DNA of 64,000 bases, taken from a virus. The notes below the pieces were generated by a model. The model saw only the letters and a list, made by a program, of their open reading frames with translations, had not been told where the DNA came from and made no database searches. Each line of letters starts with the position of its first letter. Within the stretch, counting starts at the first letter, position 1. The DNA lies in IMG/VR virus record IMGVR_UViG_3300039308_000034, positions 15,206 to 79,205 of that record; one strand, written 5' to 3'. The translations under genes and the position numbers were made by a program. Positions 1-9,136 of the stretch are shown here, piece by piece.

Positions 1-3000
1 AACAACATCGCCTTTCGCAAGTCCAGCAATCCCCCAGAGCTTCGCACCCGCATTCATAACCAGATCAATCGCCTCAAGTCTGGCAAAGCACTAAAGCCCA
101 CAGTCAAGAAATCTGAGATAGCAGCTGCCAAGCAACGCTTTACTGTTGGCACTCGTATTCAAGGACCTGATAATCAAGGCGAGTGGAAGCATGGGAGTGT
201 GCTGCAAACTCACAAGAAAAATACTACTTTCGTAATTCGCTTCGACGACGGCAGTTTCAGCCAACGCAGCATTACCAAACTGTTGCAGGACGGCTTTATC
301 AAAAGCAATGCACCGATCCAAGAGCCAGAACGCTACAGCTTTGAGGTCGGCGATCGGGTGACAGCCAAACGCTACGTCGAGCCAACCCCCGGCACGGTTG
401 TAGAAGTCCGTTTTCCTCAAGTGAAGGTGCGGTTTGACAAAGGCTCGATCGAGCGCACCCATGATGCCAGCGAACTCACTTTCTACTTTGAATCAAACCA
501 CCCCTATCCTGAACTGTATTTATTAGAAATCGAAGCACAGCTAAAGTTCAGTTTGCAAAAGCTAGAGCAGGTTGGCGAAGAGTATTGGAGCCCAAGCCAG
601 AAGCGCGGTTCTGCAGGCAAGTGGATTAAGCCAGGTGAAAAGCAAAATGAGCAAGAGCGCGAGCGGCTGGAACGGGAACAGGAAACCCTGATGGCAAAAG
701 CCCAATGCTTTGCCAAAGCCAATGACATTCAGATTGATGGCTCTGAGGCACATTGGGTGTTTCATCCGCGTACCTGGCTGAGTCTAGATGCTGATTTACT
801 TGCCCTAGCATCACTGGAAAAAGCTGGCATCAATCACCCTTATCCTGAATTTCATTTGCACAAGCTGTTTCAGCGACTTTACCAGGCGATCGAGCAGACA
901 GATCAGCCAACCATTGAAACCCTGCTTGATCACATTGAGAAGTTGCAAGATTGCCAGTCGATCGAGAATATTGCACAAGAACTGGACAATTATAGCTTTG
1001 CTCCGATCCCCCGCTGTGCCCGTCGCTACTGCAACTTGCCATTAGCTCGAAACTATTGCCCACTACGCTCGATTCAAGTTGGCGATCGAGTCACAGTGCA
1101 ATATGTGCAGGAGCATCGGGCAGGCAAAACCAACACACTGATTGTAGACAGGATGGGTTTATTCGGCGGAACTGGCTCCAACCCAGATAGCCACATTCAG
1201 CACGGCTTCACCTTGGAGCAAATTCTGCAACATCAACGCATTCCGGTTTCCCTGCATGAGCAGATTAAGACCTGCCATAACGGAGAAATGATTCGATATT
1301 TTGAAGTGTTGTGCGATCGATGCAGCTGCCAGCGTCCAGAGTTCGTTACCAAGCCCTCTGCAAAAGCCGATTCAGTTTGCCCGATGGGTAGTCCCAACTT
1401 CGAGGAGAAGCGACGGTTTGCTCGGTGGAAAGCAGTAGATGAGGCAATCGATCGAGGCTTTGTAGAACAGCAAGAAGACGGACTTGTAAAACTGATTTGT
1501 CCCTACTGCACTACTGAAACACACCTCCCCACACTCCAGCCATTAACGGAGTCAAAACAAATGTCTCAATTAAACAACCAAGAGTTAAACATCCTTGAAA
1601 CGGGAACACCCGCATGGGTTAAGGCAGCATTAGAAACTAGATCTTCGGATGATCTACCTCAAAACTCAGGTTCATCCTGTAGATCTTGTGAAGATCTAGA
1701 TCAGACCCTCCAGCCCCAAAAAGCTCTATTCACAAACCTCACATCAGCCTGGGTGAAGATTAACGCTAACCTGCTGAGAAAGCTTCAACAGGAATTGATT
1801 GATCACCCTGAACGGGCAGTCCGGCAGCATGATCCCGATCGCTGGCATCTTTACTGGCGTGGTGAGTACTTGGCGCTGCACAATTACGGCGAAACCGTTG
1901 AAATTATTGCTCATTACGATTGCTCGGTCACTTCGGTCGGCGGCACAATGACCCAATCGAAAGTTGAGCAGTTTATTCGAGACTGGCTAAAAGTTGACCC
2001 AACTGCCGAACCTGCTCATAACCTGATCGGGCAGTACGATATGACGACTCCCATTGGAGAGATTGCTATGCAGGTTGTCGCGGAGCGTAACGAGGAGGGA
2101 CAACCGTTTCTGCTGTTTGAATTCTGCGGCATTCCCAAGCCCGTGAATTACCCTAACCCCAACACAGTGTTTATTCACCGAATGCCTGATGAGTTAGAAG
2201 GGATGGAGCCGACCTGCAACAGTCCATCAGGGTATGCCGAATTTTCAGCACGGCAGATGCTGGCAGAGTTCATGGCAACGCTCGACCAAGAGGTTGAAGA
2301 GACTCTCCCCATTCTCCACAAAACACTGAAGCAGTCAGGAAAGCAGAAGGAGCAACAGATCCAGGTTTGCCAGGAAATTCTTCGCCAAATCGAAGCCACA
2401 ACTGTGGGTACATGGTGGGAGCCATTTGAAGCACTGCGACAGAAACCCTATTCAGCCGAGTTTATGCGATTGGTAGTTAAGGCAGCTACGCTGCGGAAAC
2501 TAGAAAAGCTTGGAGTAGCAACTGCGATCGATCAACTCTTCAATGGGCAACGAGCATGGTATTCCGAGCAGAAAGACACCAGTGCACTGGCAACTAACCT
2601 TGAACTCAGCAATCCTCGTCCAGCGGTAATTAACGGAGCAGCAGGAATTGCGTATGAAGTGGCGATCGTTCAGCCAGGACACCCTCAGCTTCGTGGCAGA
2701 GTAATTGAAGCTGGAGAAGCTGAAAGTATAGTTGAAGTTCCAGAGTTTGATCAGCCTGTTAAAGTATTCAACCAGTTTCTGGCACCGCTCCTGAGTGAAA
2801 AGAGACGCAAGCAAATTGAACGACTCCGCAAAGCTGCTGCATCCAAAAAATTGACCGATCGCTGTGATCATCGCTCGATTTCTGCCGCCTTAGTAGTAAT
2901 TGCAAATGCCCTCGAAACCAATACCTGCCCAGAACTGCTGCAAAAAGTCTCAGCCCTCAGCCACGTCAAAGCCCTCCTGCTAGGAGAACCGGCTACTGCC

Positions 3001-4350
3001 GCCGCAAATAAGCCTGATCACACTGCAATTCAGTCAATGGGACTCGTCGATGTAAACGCTTTTGCCGCAGCCCGAAATGCCCTTGTTGAGTTAATGAAGC
3101 AGTCTGAAACTGCCAGCCAAAGAACGCCGACTGATCGCAGCACCCAAATCTACACGCTCGATGGAGATGTCTTGATCGGTACTGTTGAAACAGCGAATGA
3201 GCTTCGATCACTTCTTGTTGAAAATCAATTAACGCTGGATGAAGTTTGGGGTGTTCCTGAAGAGGCGTATGCAGTTTTAGAGCAAGCAGTAGGATCGATC
3301 GATTTTGGGAAACATCAGTCATCCTATGTTGTTAACGTCAAGTACACCAAAGACTACGACACTTACATTGGTCGAGGGAACCCCATCTATCGGCTACCTC
3401 AGTCAAAATGGCACAATCCCTTCCAAATTGGCAAACATGGTAATCGTGTTGAGGTTCTTCAGAAATACGAAGCTCATTTATTAGGCAACGCTGAGTTAAT
3501 GGCAGCCCTGCCGGAGTTATTTGGACAAACGATCGCCTGCTGGTGTGCTCAAAAAGGTGAACGGCTCACAGCAGACGACCCGCTCAAATGTCATGGACAA
3601 ATCCTTCTCAAAGCTTTACGCGGTGACTATCAGCAACCCACACCACCCTCAATCCAATATGCGGAAATCAAAACACTTCAGCCGATGCATGGGCTTTGCT
3701 TCCTGGCAGCTGGAGCCAATCAATACTGCGATCGTCCTGCACCCGGAATTACCCTTCAAGTTGATGATTGGGTTCTAGTTCATGACGTAGCAGAATCCGC
3801 CCGTCCGGGCATCGTCAGGGGCTTCATTCATGATGCAGATTATGAGGGACGCGACGGCAGTCCCAACAGCATCCTAGTGCAGCTAGAGGACGGCTCGCAC
3901 ATCATTCAACCTGCTGCCTGGATTGAACCCGCCGAACCAGGACGGGCGTATCTTGGCATTCGCAGTGGCGATCGGGTGCAAATTACTCAACGTCCTAGTC
4001 ACATCGACCTAATTGAGTTTGAGCAATGGAGAGAGCGAATCGTTCAGCGAGTGAATTGGTTTAACGGCTTGTTTGCCGTACAGGTGCCTGGTCGCCCTGA
4101 ACACAGCGTCCAGGACTACTCATTTAACCAAGTTCAACTTGTTTCACCAATTACTCTAGAAGTCCGTGAAACGGACTATAGCACTGAAATCTCACCAGAA
4201 GCTGTCGTGCAAGTTACGGAATCCGATGAACCCTCATTAGCAGAACTTCCTCCACCTAAAAAACGAGGACGTCCCCCAAGCCGCAGAACAACATTACTAT
4301 TCAACTCGCTCTTTTCTAGGAGATTTTCTCATGCCTCAATTACCCCCTAA
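1..4350 (+). CDS. Very large multidomain phage protein with DUF4326-like domain and several KOW/SH3-like modules (5' end outside window)
   Basis: Frame 1 is open from base 1 through the 199..4350 ORF. YIGRG...SKWHNPF...IACWC...CHGQIL resembles DUF4326; repeated F(E/Q)VGDRV-type motifs. Confidence 0.7.
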   Translation, partial: NNIAFRKSSNPPELRTRIHNQINRLKSGKALKPTVKKSEIAAAKQRFTVGTRIQGPDNQGEWKHGSVLQTHKKNTTFVIRFDDGSFSQRSITKLLQDGFIKSNAPIQEPERYSFEVGDRVTAKRYVEPTPGTVVEVRFPQVKVRFDKGSIERTHDASELTFYFESNHPYPELYLLEIEAQLKFSLQKLEQVGEEYWSPSQKRGSAGKWIKPGEKQNEQERERLEREQETLMAKAQCFAKANDIQIDGSEAHWVFHPRTWLSLDADLLALASLEKAGINHPYPEFHLHKLFQRLYQAIEQTDQPTIETLLDHIEKLQDCQSIENIAQELDNYSFAPIPRCARRYCNLPLARNYCPLRSIQVGDRVTVQYVQEHRAGKTNTLIVDRMGLFGGTGSNPDSHIQHGFTLEQILQHQRIPVSLHEQIKTCHNGEMIRYFEVLCDRCSCQRPEFVTKPSAKADSVCPMGSPNFEEKRRFARWKAVDEAIDRGFVEQQEDGLVKLICPYCTTETHLPTLQPLTESKQMSQLNNQELNILETGTPAWVKAALETRSSDDLPQNSGSSCRSCEDLDQTLQPQKALFTNLTSAWVKINANLLRKLQQELIDHPERAVRQHDPDRWHLYWRGEYLALHNYGETVEIIAHYDCSVTSVGGTMTQSKVEQFIRDWLKVDPTAEPAHNLIGQYDMTTPIGEIAMQVVAERNEEGQPFLLFEFCGIPKPVNYPNPNTVFIHRMPDELEGMEPTCNSPSGYAEFSARQMLAEFMATLDQEVEETLPILHKTLKQSGKQKEQQIQVCQEILRQIEATTVGTWWEPFEALRQKPYSAEFMRLVVKAATLRKLEKLGVATAIDQLFNGQRAWYSEQKDTSALATNLELSNPRPAVINGAAGIAYEVAIVQPGHPQLRGRVIEAGEAESIVEVPEFDQPVKVFNQFLAPLLSEKRRKQIERLRKAAASKKLTDRCDHRSISAALVVIANALETNTCPELLQKVSALSHVKALLLGEPATAAANKPDHTAIQSMGLVDVNAFAAARNALVELMKQSETASQRTPTDRSTQIYTLDGDVLIGTVETANELRSLLVENQLTLDEVWGVPEEAYAVLEQAVGSIDFGKHQSSYVVNVKYTKDYDTYIGRGNPIYRLPQSKWHNPFQIGKHGNRVEVLQKYEAHLLGNAELMAALPELFGQTIACWCAQKGERLTADDPLKCHGQILLKALRGDYQQPTPPSIQYAEIKTLQPMHGLCFLAAGANQYCDRPAPGITLQVDDWVLVHDVAESARPGIVRGFIHDADYEGRDGSPNSILVQLEDGSHIIQPAAWIEPAEPGRAYLGIRSGDRVQITQRPSHIDLIEFEQWRERIVQRVNWFNGLFAVQVPGRPEHSVQDYSFNQVQLVSPITLEVRETDYSTEISPEAVVQVTESDEPSLAELPPPKKRGRPPSRRTTLLFNSLFSRRFSHASITP

Positions 4351-4744
4351 CTGGACAGAATCCGATCGCATTCAGTGGAGCCAATTTGTTTTTCAGGTAC
4401 TGAAAGACTGGCAGGAGCAGCACCCTGGAGATTCTAGCATTCGCCTTTATGTCGATTTCGATCGATTATGGGGCACAGAAAAGGCAACTCTAGTAAACCT
4501 GGCAGCCCAGATTATCAATCGGTGGCTTGCCGAAGCTCCAGCAACGCCCCAATCACCTCAAGACAAACTATGCAATACCCTTGCCTTTTACGTTGAGAGT
4601 CATACTTCTGCCGCTGCCTGGGATGATTCTTTTCAGCGCCAACTTGTTCGAGATCTTATCGAAAATATTGATAAAACACTGGAGCAAACATTACCCCGCA
4701 TCACAGTTACCCCTTCATGCGCACTTGGAGGGACTGGAAATTGA
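4331..4744 (+). CDS. Hypothetical protein
   Basis: 137-aa ORF overlapping both neighbours in a coupled + strand operon. Confidence 0.65.
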   Translation: MPQLPPNWTESDRIQWSQFVFQVLKDWQEQHPGDSSIRLYVDFDRLWGTEKATLVNLAAQIINRWLAEAPATPQSPQDKLCNTLAFYVESHTSAAAWDDSFQRQLVRDLIENIDKTLEQTLPRITVTPSCALGGTGN

Positions 4745-5270
4745 CAAAGTTTGAAGTTCGCGCCCTCACCCTTTGGGAACCTTGGGCAACTTTTATTGCC
4801 CTACTCCTCAAAGAATACGAAACCCGCCCCAAAAGACTTCTCTGGCGAGGACAGCTATACATTCATGCTGCACAGCGAAAAGTCCGTCACGATGATCTGC
4901 TGGCAATTAAAGAAATTGCGGCAGGCACTCCATTAGTTGAGAAAATATTTTAACCAAACTTTGGACAGGACAGATCCCGGTGCATTATGGCTGCATCATT
5001 GCCGTTTGTGACCTGACCCAATCACTCGAAATGGTAGCGAATTCTGGTAATTCTGCCTCACGCGAGGGTAATGACACAATCGCAATTTCCAGTGTTTCAT
5101 CACTAGAACGTGCCGTTGGTAACTGGCAACCCAACCGGCATGCTCTCAAACTCGAAAATGTTAAACCGCTCATTCTCCCTGTTCCAGCACAGGGCAAGCA
5201 AGGGCTTTGGATTCCTGATGTACAAACCATTGAACAAGTTGAGGTAAACTTCCATGCAGCCACTTTTTAA
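4741..5270 (+). pseudogene. ASCH-domain protein split by a 1-bp frameshift near 4941-4950
   Basis: First half ALTLWEPWA...K.YETR...RGQLYIHAA (ASCH motif) stops at 4953. Frame 3 is open from 4941 and carries the second half YGCIIAVCDL...LENVKPLILPVPAQGKQGLW. Confidence 0.7.
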
Positions 5271-5700
5271 GCGCACCCAATACGCGATCAACATCCTGTG
5301 TAACGGAATTCCTGTACCCCTATCTCTTACACCAGCACCAATCGCTATCGCCCAGCAAGATGTCATTTCCGAAGTTCAGGAAATTGCAAACACTGCTCGC
5401 ACAATTGTCAAAGAGCGCAGCAAAACGAAATATGGGAACTTGCAAGTGTTTACTGATGGTGTTTTAACCATCACCACTGACTTAAAAACTCAATATGTCA
5501 TTATCGTCATCTGGACAGACGGAGGAAGCGATCGCATTTTTGATGTTGCCGCTAATGGACGGCTAGATCTGTTTGTTCGAGACGTAGTGGTTGGGGAATC
5601 TTGCGTAAATTGGATCGATTGGCTGAAAGAAATTGCAGCACAGCCAAATGCTGCAGATTTCGGACTAGATGTTGAGCTGCAGATGGAGAGCGATCGATGA
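5254..5700 (+). CDS. Hypothetical protein
   Basis: 148-aa ORF with ATGA coupling to the next gene. Confidence 0.65.
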   Translation: MQPLFKRTQYAINILCNGIPVPLSLTPAPIAIAQQDVISEVQEIANTARTIVKERSKTKYGNLQVFTDGVLTITTDLKTQYVIIVIWTDGGSDRIFDVAANGRLDLFVRDVVVGESCVNWIDWLKEIAAQPNAADFGLDVELQMESDR

Positions 5701-6317
5701 CTAATCCAATTCCTTTAATGCCAGACATCGAACCGGATGTCATTTTTACAAATGCCTGGTTTAACCCTGAAAACCATCAGCCTGCCGTCTACTGGCAGTT
5801 GAATAGCAAAAATGGGATTATCTCGCTTATTGAAGCTAGAGCCAGGGCGCAATCTCTGTTTCAAGCGGTAGGTTATGCCGAGGGGGAAGCAGCGATCGTC
5901 AAAGGACTAATACATCTGCACAAATCCGCCGAGCGCCCTCAAAAAGGCTTTGAGAATAAGCGCAAGACAGAAGATAAAGCACTAATACTGTCTGCCAAGC
6001 TGCGAGAGTTTTTGAAAAAGGGACGATCGCCCTTGATGGAAGGTGTTGAGGTAATTTTTGGGCTAAAAACTCGCAAAGCTTTGGTTAATTGTCATTGGTA
6101 CGGAGAGATGTCCCAATGGGAAACCACACAGGCAATTAACCATGCCATCGGACTAATTGAAACGGCTGAAGCATCTGAGAGCGATGCCTATTTTCGGTGG
6201 TTCCTCATGGAGCGAATCGGAATTGAGGCATCTGAAACCTATCCACTCATAGCAGAATTTCAAACGTTTCGGCATCGTAGGCAGCTAGAAGAAATATTTA
6301 GAGAAACAATCCTATAG
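5697..6317 (+). CDS. Hypothetical protein
   Basis: 206-aa ORF coupled to the upstream gene. Confidence 0.7.
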   Translation: MTNPIPLMPDIEPDVIFTNAWFNPENHQPAVYWQLNSKNGIISLIEARARAQSLFQAVGYAEGEAAIVKGLIHLHKSAERPQKGFENKRKTEDKALILSAKLREFLKKGRSPLMEGVEVIFGLKTRKALVNCHWYGEMSQWETTQAINHAIGLIETAEASESDAYFRWFLMERIGIEASETYPLIAEFQTFRHRRQLEEIFRETIL

Positions 6318-6434
6318 CTCAATAATGCGCTGACTCAAATTCATCAACAGAGCTAGAAGTTTCTTCAACCGAATTAAACCGCCCTACCAAGTTGTGCCTA
6401 ACCCTAAATCCTATGAGGGTTCTCGAAGATCCCT

Positions 6435-7811
6435 ATGAAAACATTAGAATTTAAAATCTATCCCAACAAAACTCAGCAGCAAACGATCGATCGGTGGATT
6501 GAAACCCTCCGCTTAGTTTGGAACTGGGGGTTAGAACTCTTGATTGAACTTGATGCTTACAGTGCTCCCTACGTCGTCATGGTTAAACAAGAGGGAGAAC
6601 TCAAAAAAACTTATCATCGTGCTCCCTGTTGTCCAATCGGATGGGAATACCGCTGGATGAAAGGAAAACGATGGGAGTTTACCTCAGGAAAGCTAGACAT
6701 TATAGAAGGGGCTAGCGACACTGATTGGGCTGCCATTCCTTACTCGCGTCGTGCTTCAAGGCGACCTTACCGAATGTTCTGCCCACTCATTCCTACAGGG
6801 CTGGACGATCGCATTTGGGAAGAACCCTCACCCTTTGCCTATAAAGAACCGCGCCTCGACAACCCCTCCAACTTCTCACTCGCCAAGTTCTTCGCTCACA
6901 AACGCCATCCAGATTGGCAGGCACTCAATGAAATCCCTGCTTGGTTTATTCGAGGAACCTGCCACAGCCTTGCTAATGCTTGGGACCGATATAAGTCTAA
7001 GAAAGGAGGACTTCCCCGGTTTAAGCGCAAGGGGGATGCGGTTGACACTCTAATTCACGAAGACGCCTCAAAGCTGCGAATCCGACGGGTTGATGAAAAA
7101 GGTCGAGAGGTGGCATATCTCCAGATTCCCAAGCTGGGCGAATTCAAAGTGAAATATTTTGCACAGGACTGGAATCAAGATGTTCCGGTGAAAGTGTTAA
7201 AGCTGTGCCGCCAGCCTGACGCTTATTATCTCCAGATGACAGGCAATTTACCTGTCAAGCCACCCAAAGTCAGCACTAGAACGGCAGGATTGGCTTTGCC
7301 ACAGGCACAAGGCATTTTGTATGTAGACGATCGCGGCAAGATGGTGGAGGCAATCCCTGAAGATCTAAAGCTGCTATTGCGCCTGGAAAAATTACAGCAG
7401 CAACTGGCACGCCAGGAGTATTTGTCGAAGAATTGGCATAAGACAAAAAACAAGATTGCGCGGCTGTATCGTCGAGCGAAGCTTCGGGCTAGAAATCACA
7501 ATCATAAACTCAGTACGTTTGTCGTGCGGAAGTTTAATGAGATTGCAATTCAGGATGTAAAGGCAGGAGCCATCCCTAGCCCAGAACCAATTGTGGAGCA
7601 CGTTGAACCGCCTAAATATGCGCCAAATGGTGCAACGCAGGTTTCGCTAATTAACCAGCGTCGTACTGCTATGCGAACTGGACAATTTGTTGCCTTGATT
7701 CAGCAAAAAGCTAAATCAGCCGGTAAAACAGTTATTAAAATAAAACCTAAAAAGAATGCGAAGCAAACAAACCCCGCTAAGATAGCAGCTAGTATCAAAC
7801 CCAAAGACTGA
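6435..7811 (+). CDS. tnpB: Nuclease-dead TnpB (IS200/IS605 OrfB)-derived protein, TldR-like
   Basis: N-terminal KTLEFKIYPNKTQQQTIDRW...LVWN, LPRFKRKG and bridge-helix NWHKTKNKIARLYRR motifs. RuvC-I reads AGLALP (canonical GIDLG), RuvC-II IAIQD (canonical IEDL); no CxxC Zn finger or DxNAA motif. Confidence 0.85.
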   Translation: MKTLEFKIYPNKTQQQTIDRWIETLRLVWNWGLELLIELDAYSAPYVVMVKQEGELKKTYHRAPCCPIGWEYRWMKGKRWEFTSGKLDIIEGASDTDWAAIPYSRRASRRPYRMFCPLIPTGLDDRIWEEPSPFAYKEPRLDNPSNFSLAKFFAHKRHPDWQALNEIPAWFIRGTCHSLANAWDRYKSKKGGLPRFKRKGDAVDTLIHEDASKLRIRRVDEKGREVAYLQIPKLGEFKVKYFAQDWNQDVPVKVLKLCRQPDAYYLQMTGNLPVKPPKVSTRTAGLALPQAQGILYVDDRGKMVEAIPEDLKLLLRLEKLQQQLARQEYLSKNWHKTKNKIARLYRRAKLRARNHNHKLSTFVVRKFNEIAIQDVKAGAIPSPEPIVEHVEPPKYAPNGATQVSLINQRRTAMRTGQFVALIQQKAKSAGKTVIKIKPKKNAKQTNPAKIAASIKPKD

Positions 7812-8047
7812 TACTCGCTCAGGGGTGGGTCTGGGCGTAATGAATGGGTAAGTCGCTCGCGCACCATTGTACAACCGAGGTAGGTGCTACCTCCGATCGT
7901 CCTAAGGCAGCACGCTGACGGCAAATCTGGAAAATCTTGTTTACCTGTTAGTAAACGTTACTGCATCGATCACACACTTTTCCCAAAAGAAGATCGCACT
8001 TCCAATTGACCTGACCTTATTCCGATCGCACTGTAGCGAGGCATACG
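7812..8047 (+). ncRNA. Putative omegaRNA/guide RNA of the dead TnpB
   Basis: 236-bp gap directly 3' of tnpB; hairpins at 7813-7830, 7877-7893 (GAGGTAG-gtg-CTACCTC) and 7939-7956 (GTTTAC-N6-GTAAAC), then TCAC at 7970-7973. Position is as expected for omegaRNA; no expression data. Confidence 0.5.
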
Positions 8048-9136
8048 CTAGACTGTCTTCCGGCTTCCAGGTAATAAATGGCGATATCGTCGCGCAATCA
8101 TCATTGGGATCTTGGCTTCTCTGGCAACGGCTGCTAATGTCGCGCGTTTACGTTTCTGGGCAAGCCGTTGAATTGCTGCCCGGACGCGACTGGGAACATC
8201 CTCGCCAAATTGAATTTGATGTAGAGCTTTAGGATGATGCCACAGCTTTTGGCATTCAATTCCAGTTGTTTGAGCAATCGCACCTATATGAACCGTAGAC
8301 CGTTGAGTTTGCAATTGAACGATCGCTGTTTGAACCTGCTCCAACACAACCTGCATTTCGCTTTGGGTTGCCCGTTGCCATTCTGGAAGTTCAGTTGCGC
8401 TTCCAGGATCTTCAAACTGTTGGCGCAATAAAGATAGGGCTTGATCCAAATATTGCTCTACGTCCCAGGTTGACCGCTCCAAGAACCGGGCAATTTCATG
8501 GGGCGATCGATTATCGACATAAGCCCACTCCACAATCTGCTGAAGCTCCTGGGGCAGGAAGTCGAGGATCGAGCGTAACTTTGAGAATAGGGACAATCTT
8601 TCGGGTACCATAACGGCTTCAGTTCCCTCATTGTCTGGGCAGGGAATTGTATGAAGCAGCGTAAATCCTTCCTCTCCCTGTTGAACTGGCGCGTCCAAAC
8701 TTACTGCTGAACAATTTGCCTGCTGAAGCTCTAAAAACTTTTCAACAGAGATACCCATCATTAACCGAACTTCCTCGTGAGTGGGCTGCCGTCCTAAGAG
8801 GCTGAACAATTCTGCTTCAGCAGCATACATTCGTCGCCTCAATTGCTTAATTTCCGAGGGAAGCTTCACCGCTCCGTTTTGACCCAAAAACTCACGCATC
8901 TTACCTTTAATGCAAACCCTGGCGTAAGGCAAGAATGCATGAGTCGGAATTAAACCCAGCCGCTCGATCGCATAGATTAACCCGTCATAGCCCACCATTT
9001 CAAGATCTTCTACATCCATCCACCCGTTGCGGCAAAGGGAACGAGCAATCGACTTAACCAGGCCACGATGTTGCTCAATGATGCGGTTACGAAGAACGGT
9101 TGAAGGATCTTGGATATAAGCTTCCAATAATTCCAT
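8048..9136 (-). CDS. Phage-encoded group 3 (SigF/FliA-like) sigma-70 family factor with C-terminal extension
   Basis: Region 2 RNRIIEQHRGLVKSIAR...EDLEMVGYDGLIYAIER, region 3 LGRQPTHEE...VSLDAP, region 4 HTH. Start placed at 9136 (TAATG coupling with the dnaN stop). Confidence 0.88.
   Translation of the reverse strand: MELLEAYIQDPSTVLRNRIIEQHRGLVKSIARSLCRNGWMDVEDLEMVGYDGLIYAIERLGLIPTHAFLPYARVCIKGKMREFLGQNGAVKLPSEIKQLRRRMYAAEAELFSLLGRQPTHEEVRLMMGISVEKFLELQQANCSAVSLDAPVQQGEEGFTLLHTIPCPDNEGTEAVMVPERLSLFSKLRSILDFLPQELQQIVEWAYVDNRSPHEIARFLERSTWDVEQYLDQALSLLRQQFEDPGSATELPEWQRATQSEMQVVLEQVQTAIVQLQTQRSTVHIGAIAQTTGIECQKLWHHPKALHQIQFGEDVPSRVRAAIQRLAQKRKRATLAAVAREAKIPMMIARRYRHLLPGSRKTV

Noticed and set aside
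6318-8047. CRISPR array or active IS200/IS605 element around tnpB
   Set aside because: No repeat-spacer array on either side, no tnpA, and the catalytic residues are absent.
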